A DNA stretch of 64,000 nucleotides from the human T2T-CHM13v2.0 reference genome, Homo sapiens. Under the pieces are notes generated by a model, which did no database searches, was not told the origin of the DNA, and saw only the letters and a list, made by a program, of their open reading frames with translations. The translations under genes were made by a program, and so were the position numbers. The stretch lies in the NCBI RefSeq assembly GCF_009914755.1, contig NC_060925.1; one strand, 5' to 3'. Shown piece by piece: positions 35,060 to 64,000 of the stretch (position 1 is its first letter; each line of letters starts with the position of its first letter).

Positions 35060-35218
35060 GTCTGTGGTGTTTTGTATAAACAACCCTCCCTCTGAGACAC
35101 ACACACATACACATACACATGCACACACACACTCATATACACATGCAGAAGCTGTGACACGTGCGGAAGCTGTGGTAAGTGCATCCTCCTTCAGTCTCAG
35201 TTCTGAAAATAGATCATC
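35060..35218 (+). promoter_or_regulatory. LY9: LY9 proximal promoter/5'UTR
   Basis: RUNX TGTGGT at 35063 and 35171, TATAAA at 35075, CA-rich tract, E-box CACGTG at 35158, ETS GCGGAAG at 35163 next to a RUNX site; directly upstream of the ATG. Confidence 0.6.
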
Positions 35219-63292
<28,074 letters not shown>

Positions 63293-63740
63293 GTGGTGAG
63301 AACTACATTCTCTGTATCCCAAGGCCCACAGAGTGAGGAACTATTCCTTAGACCCTTTGAACTGAAAATCCGAGATTCCCATGGCTAAGGATCTTAAATT
63401 CTACCCACTATGCACCCCTCAGATACATTCCATGGTCAACAGAGATGCATAAACAAATATTCCTGACATCTGTGTGACCAAAGGCTGAACATTTCTAATT
63501 GATTTAATAATATCTTATGTTGGTTATTTTTAACACTGACCTGAATGACAGCTTATACACTCAAACAAGGTAGGGTCTTTATAGCTTTTTAAATCTATCT
63601 CTAACCCTAATCCTAATCTACCTAAATGACAACTTCTCAAAACCATTGAAAATTAGCTAACAATTTAACAACAAGAATTTTTGGAAAATACACCACCACC
63701 TACAGTACATTAGTTTTATTCTAGTGTTTAAAAAAATCCC

Positions 63741-64000
63741 AGCCGGGCGCGGTGGCTCATACCTGTAATCCCAGCACTTTGGGAGGCCAAGGCGGGTGGA
63801 TCACAAAGTCAGGAGATGGAGACCATCCTGGCTAACATGGTGAAACTCCGTCTCTACTAAAAATACAAAAAAAATTAGCCAGGCGTGGTGGCAGGCGCCT
63901 GTAGTTCCAACTACTCAGAGACTGAGGCAGGAGAATGGCGTGAACCCAGGAGGCAGAGCTTACAGTGAGCCAAGTTCGTGCCACTGCACTCCAGCCTGGG
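63741..64000 (+). mobile_element. AluY, cut by window end
   Basis: AluY diagnostics gagaccatcctggctaac and gagaatggcgtgaaccc. Confidence 0.9.

Noticed and set aside
63601-63625. Telomere-like ctaaccctaatcctaa
   Set aside because: Too short and degenerate to call an interstitial telomeric repeat

Overview
Primate, almost certainly human, genomic DNA from the SLAM-family cluster (1q23). The + strand carries LY9 (CD229/SLAMF3) coding exons 1-9 (35219-63292). All nine have GT-AG junctions and join in frame, encoding V-C2-V-C2 Ig domains, a TM segment and ITSM motifs; the last exon lies beyond the window. Two things stand out. (1) A 5'-truncated FASN retrocopy sits inside an old antisense L1 in LY9 intron 2. 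It is in frame with LY9 exon 2 through an L1-derived splice acceptor, predicting a 193-aa TM-less LY9(IgV)-FASN chimeric isoform that uses the FASN stop, 3'UTR and poly(A) signal. (2) A decayed, intron-containing SLAM-family gene lies on the - strand (about 15.0-28.9 kb), head-to-head with LY9, with the same rare leader-V-C2-V-C2 architecture. Its first intron holds a full-length L1PA whose antisense promoter and ORF0 point into its Ig exons. The rest is typical repeat content: an ERVL provirus, a complete MaLR, solo LTRs, Alus, L1 and hAT elements. Repeat subfamily calls and paralog comparisons are from memory, without database searches.
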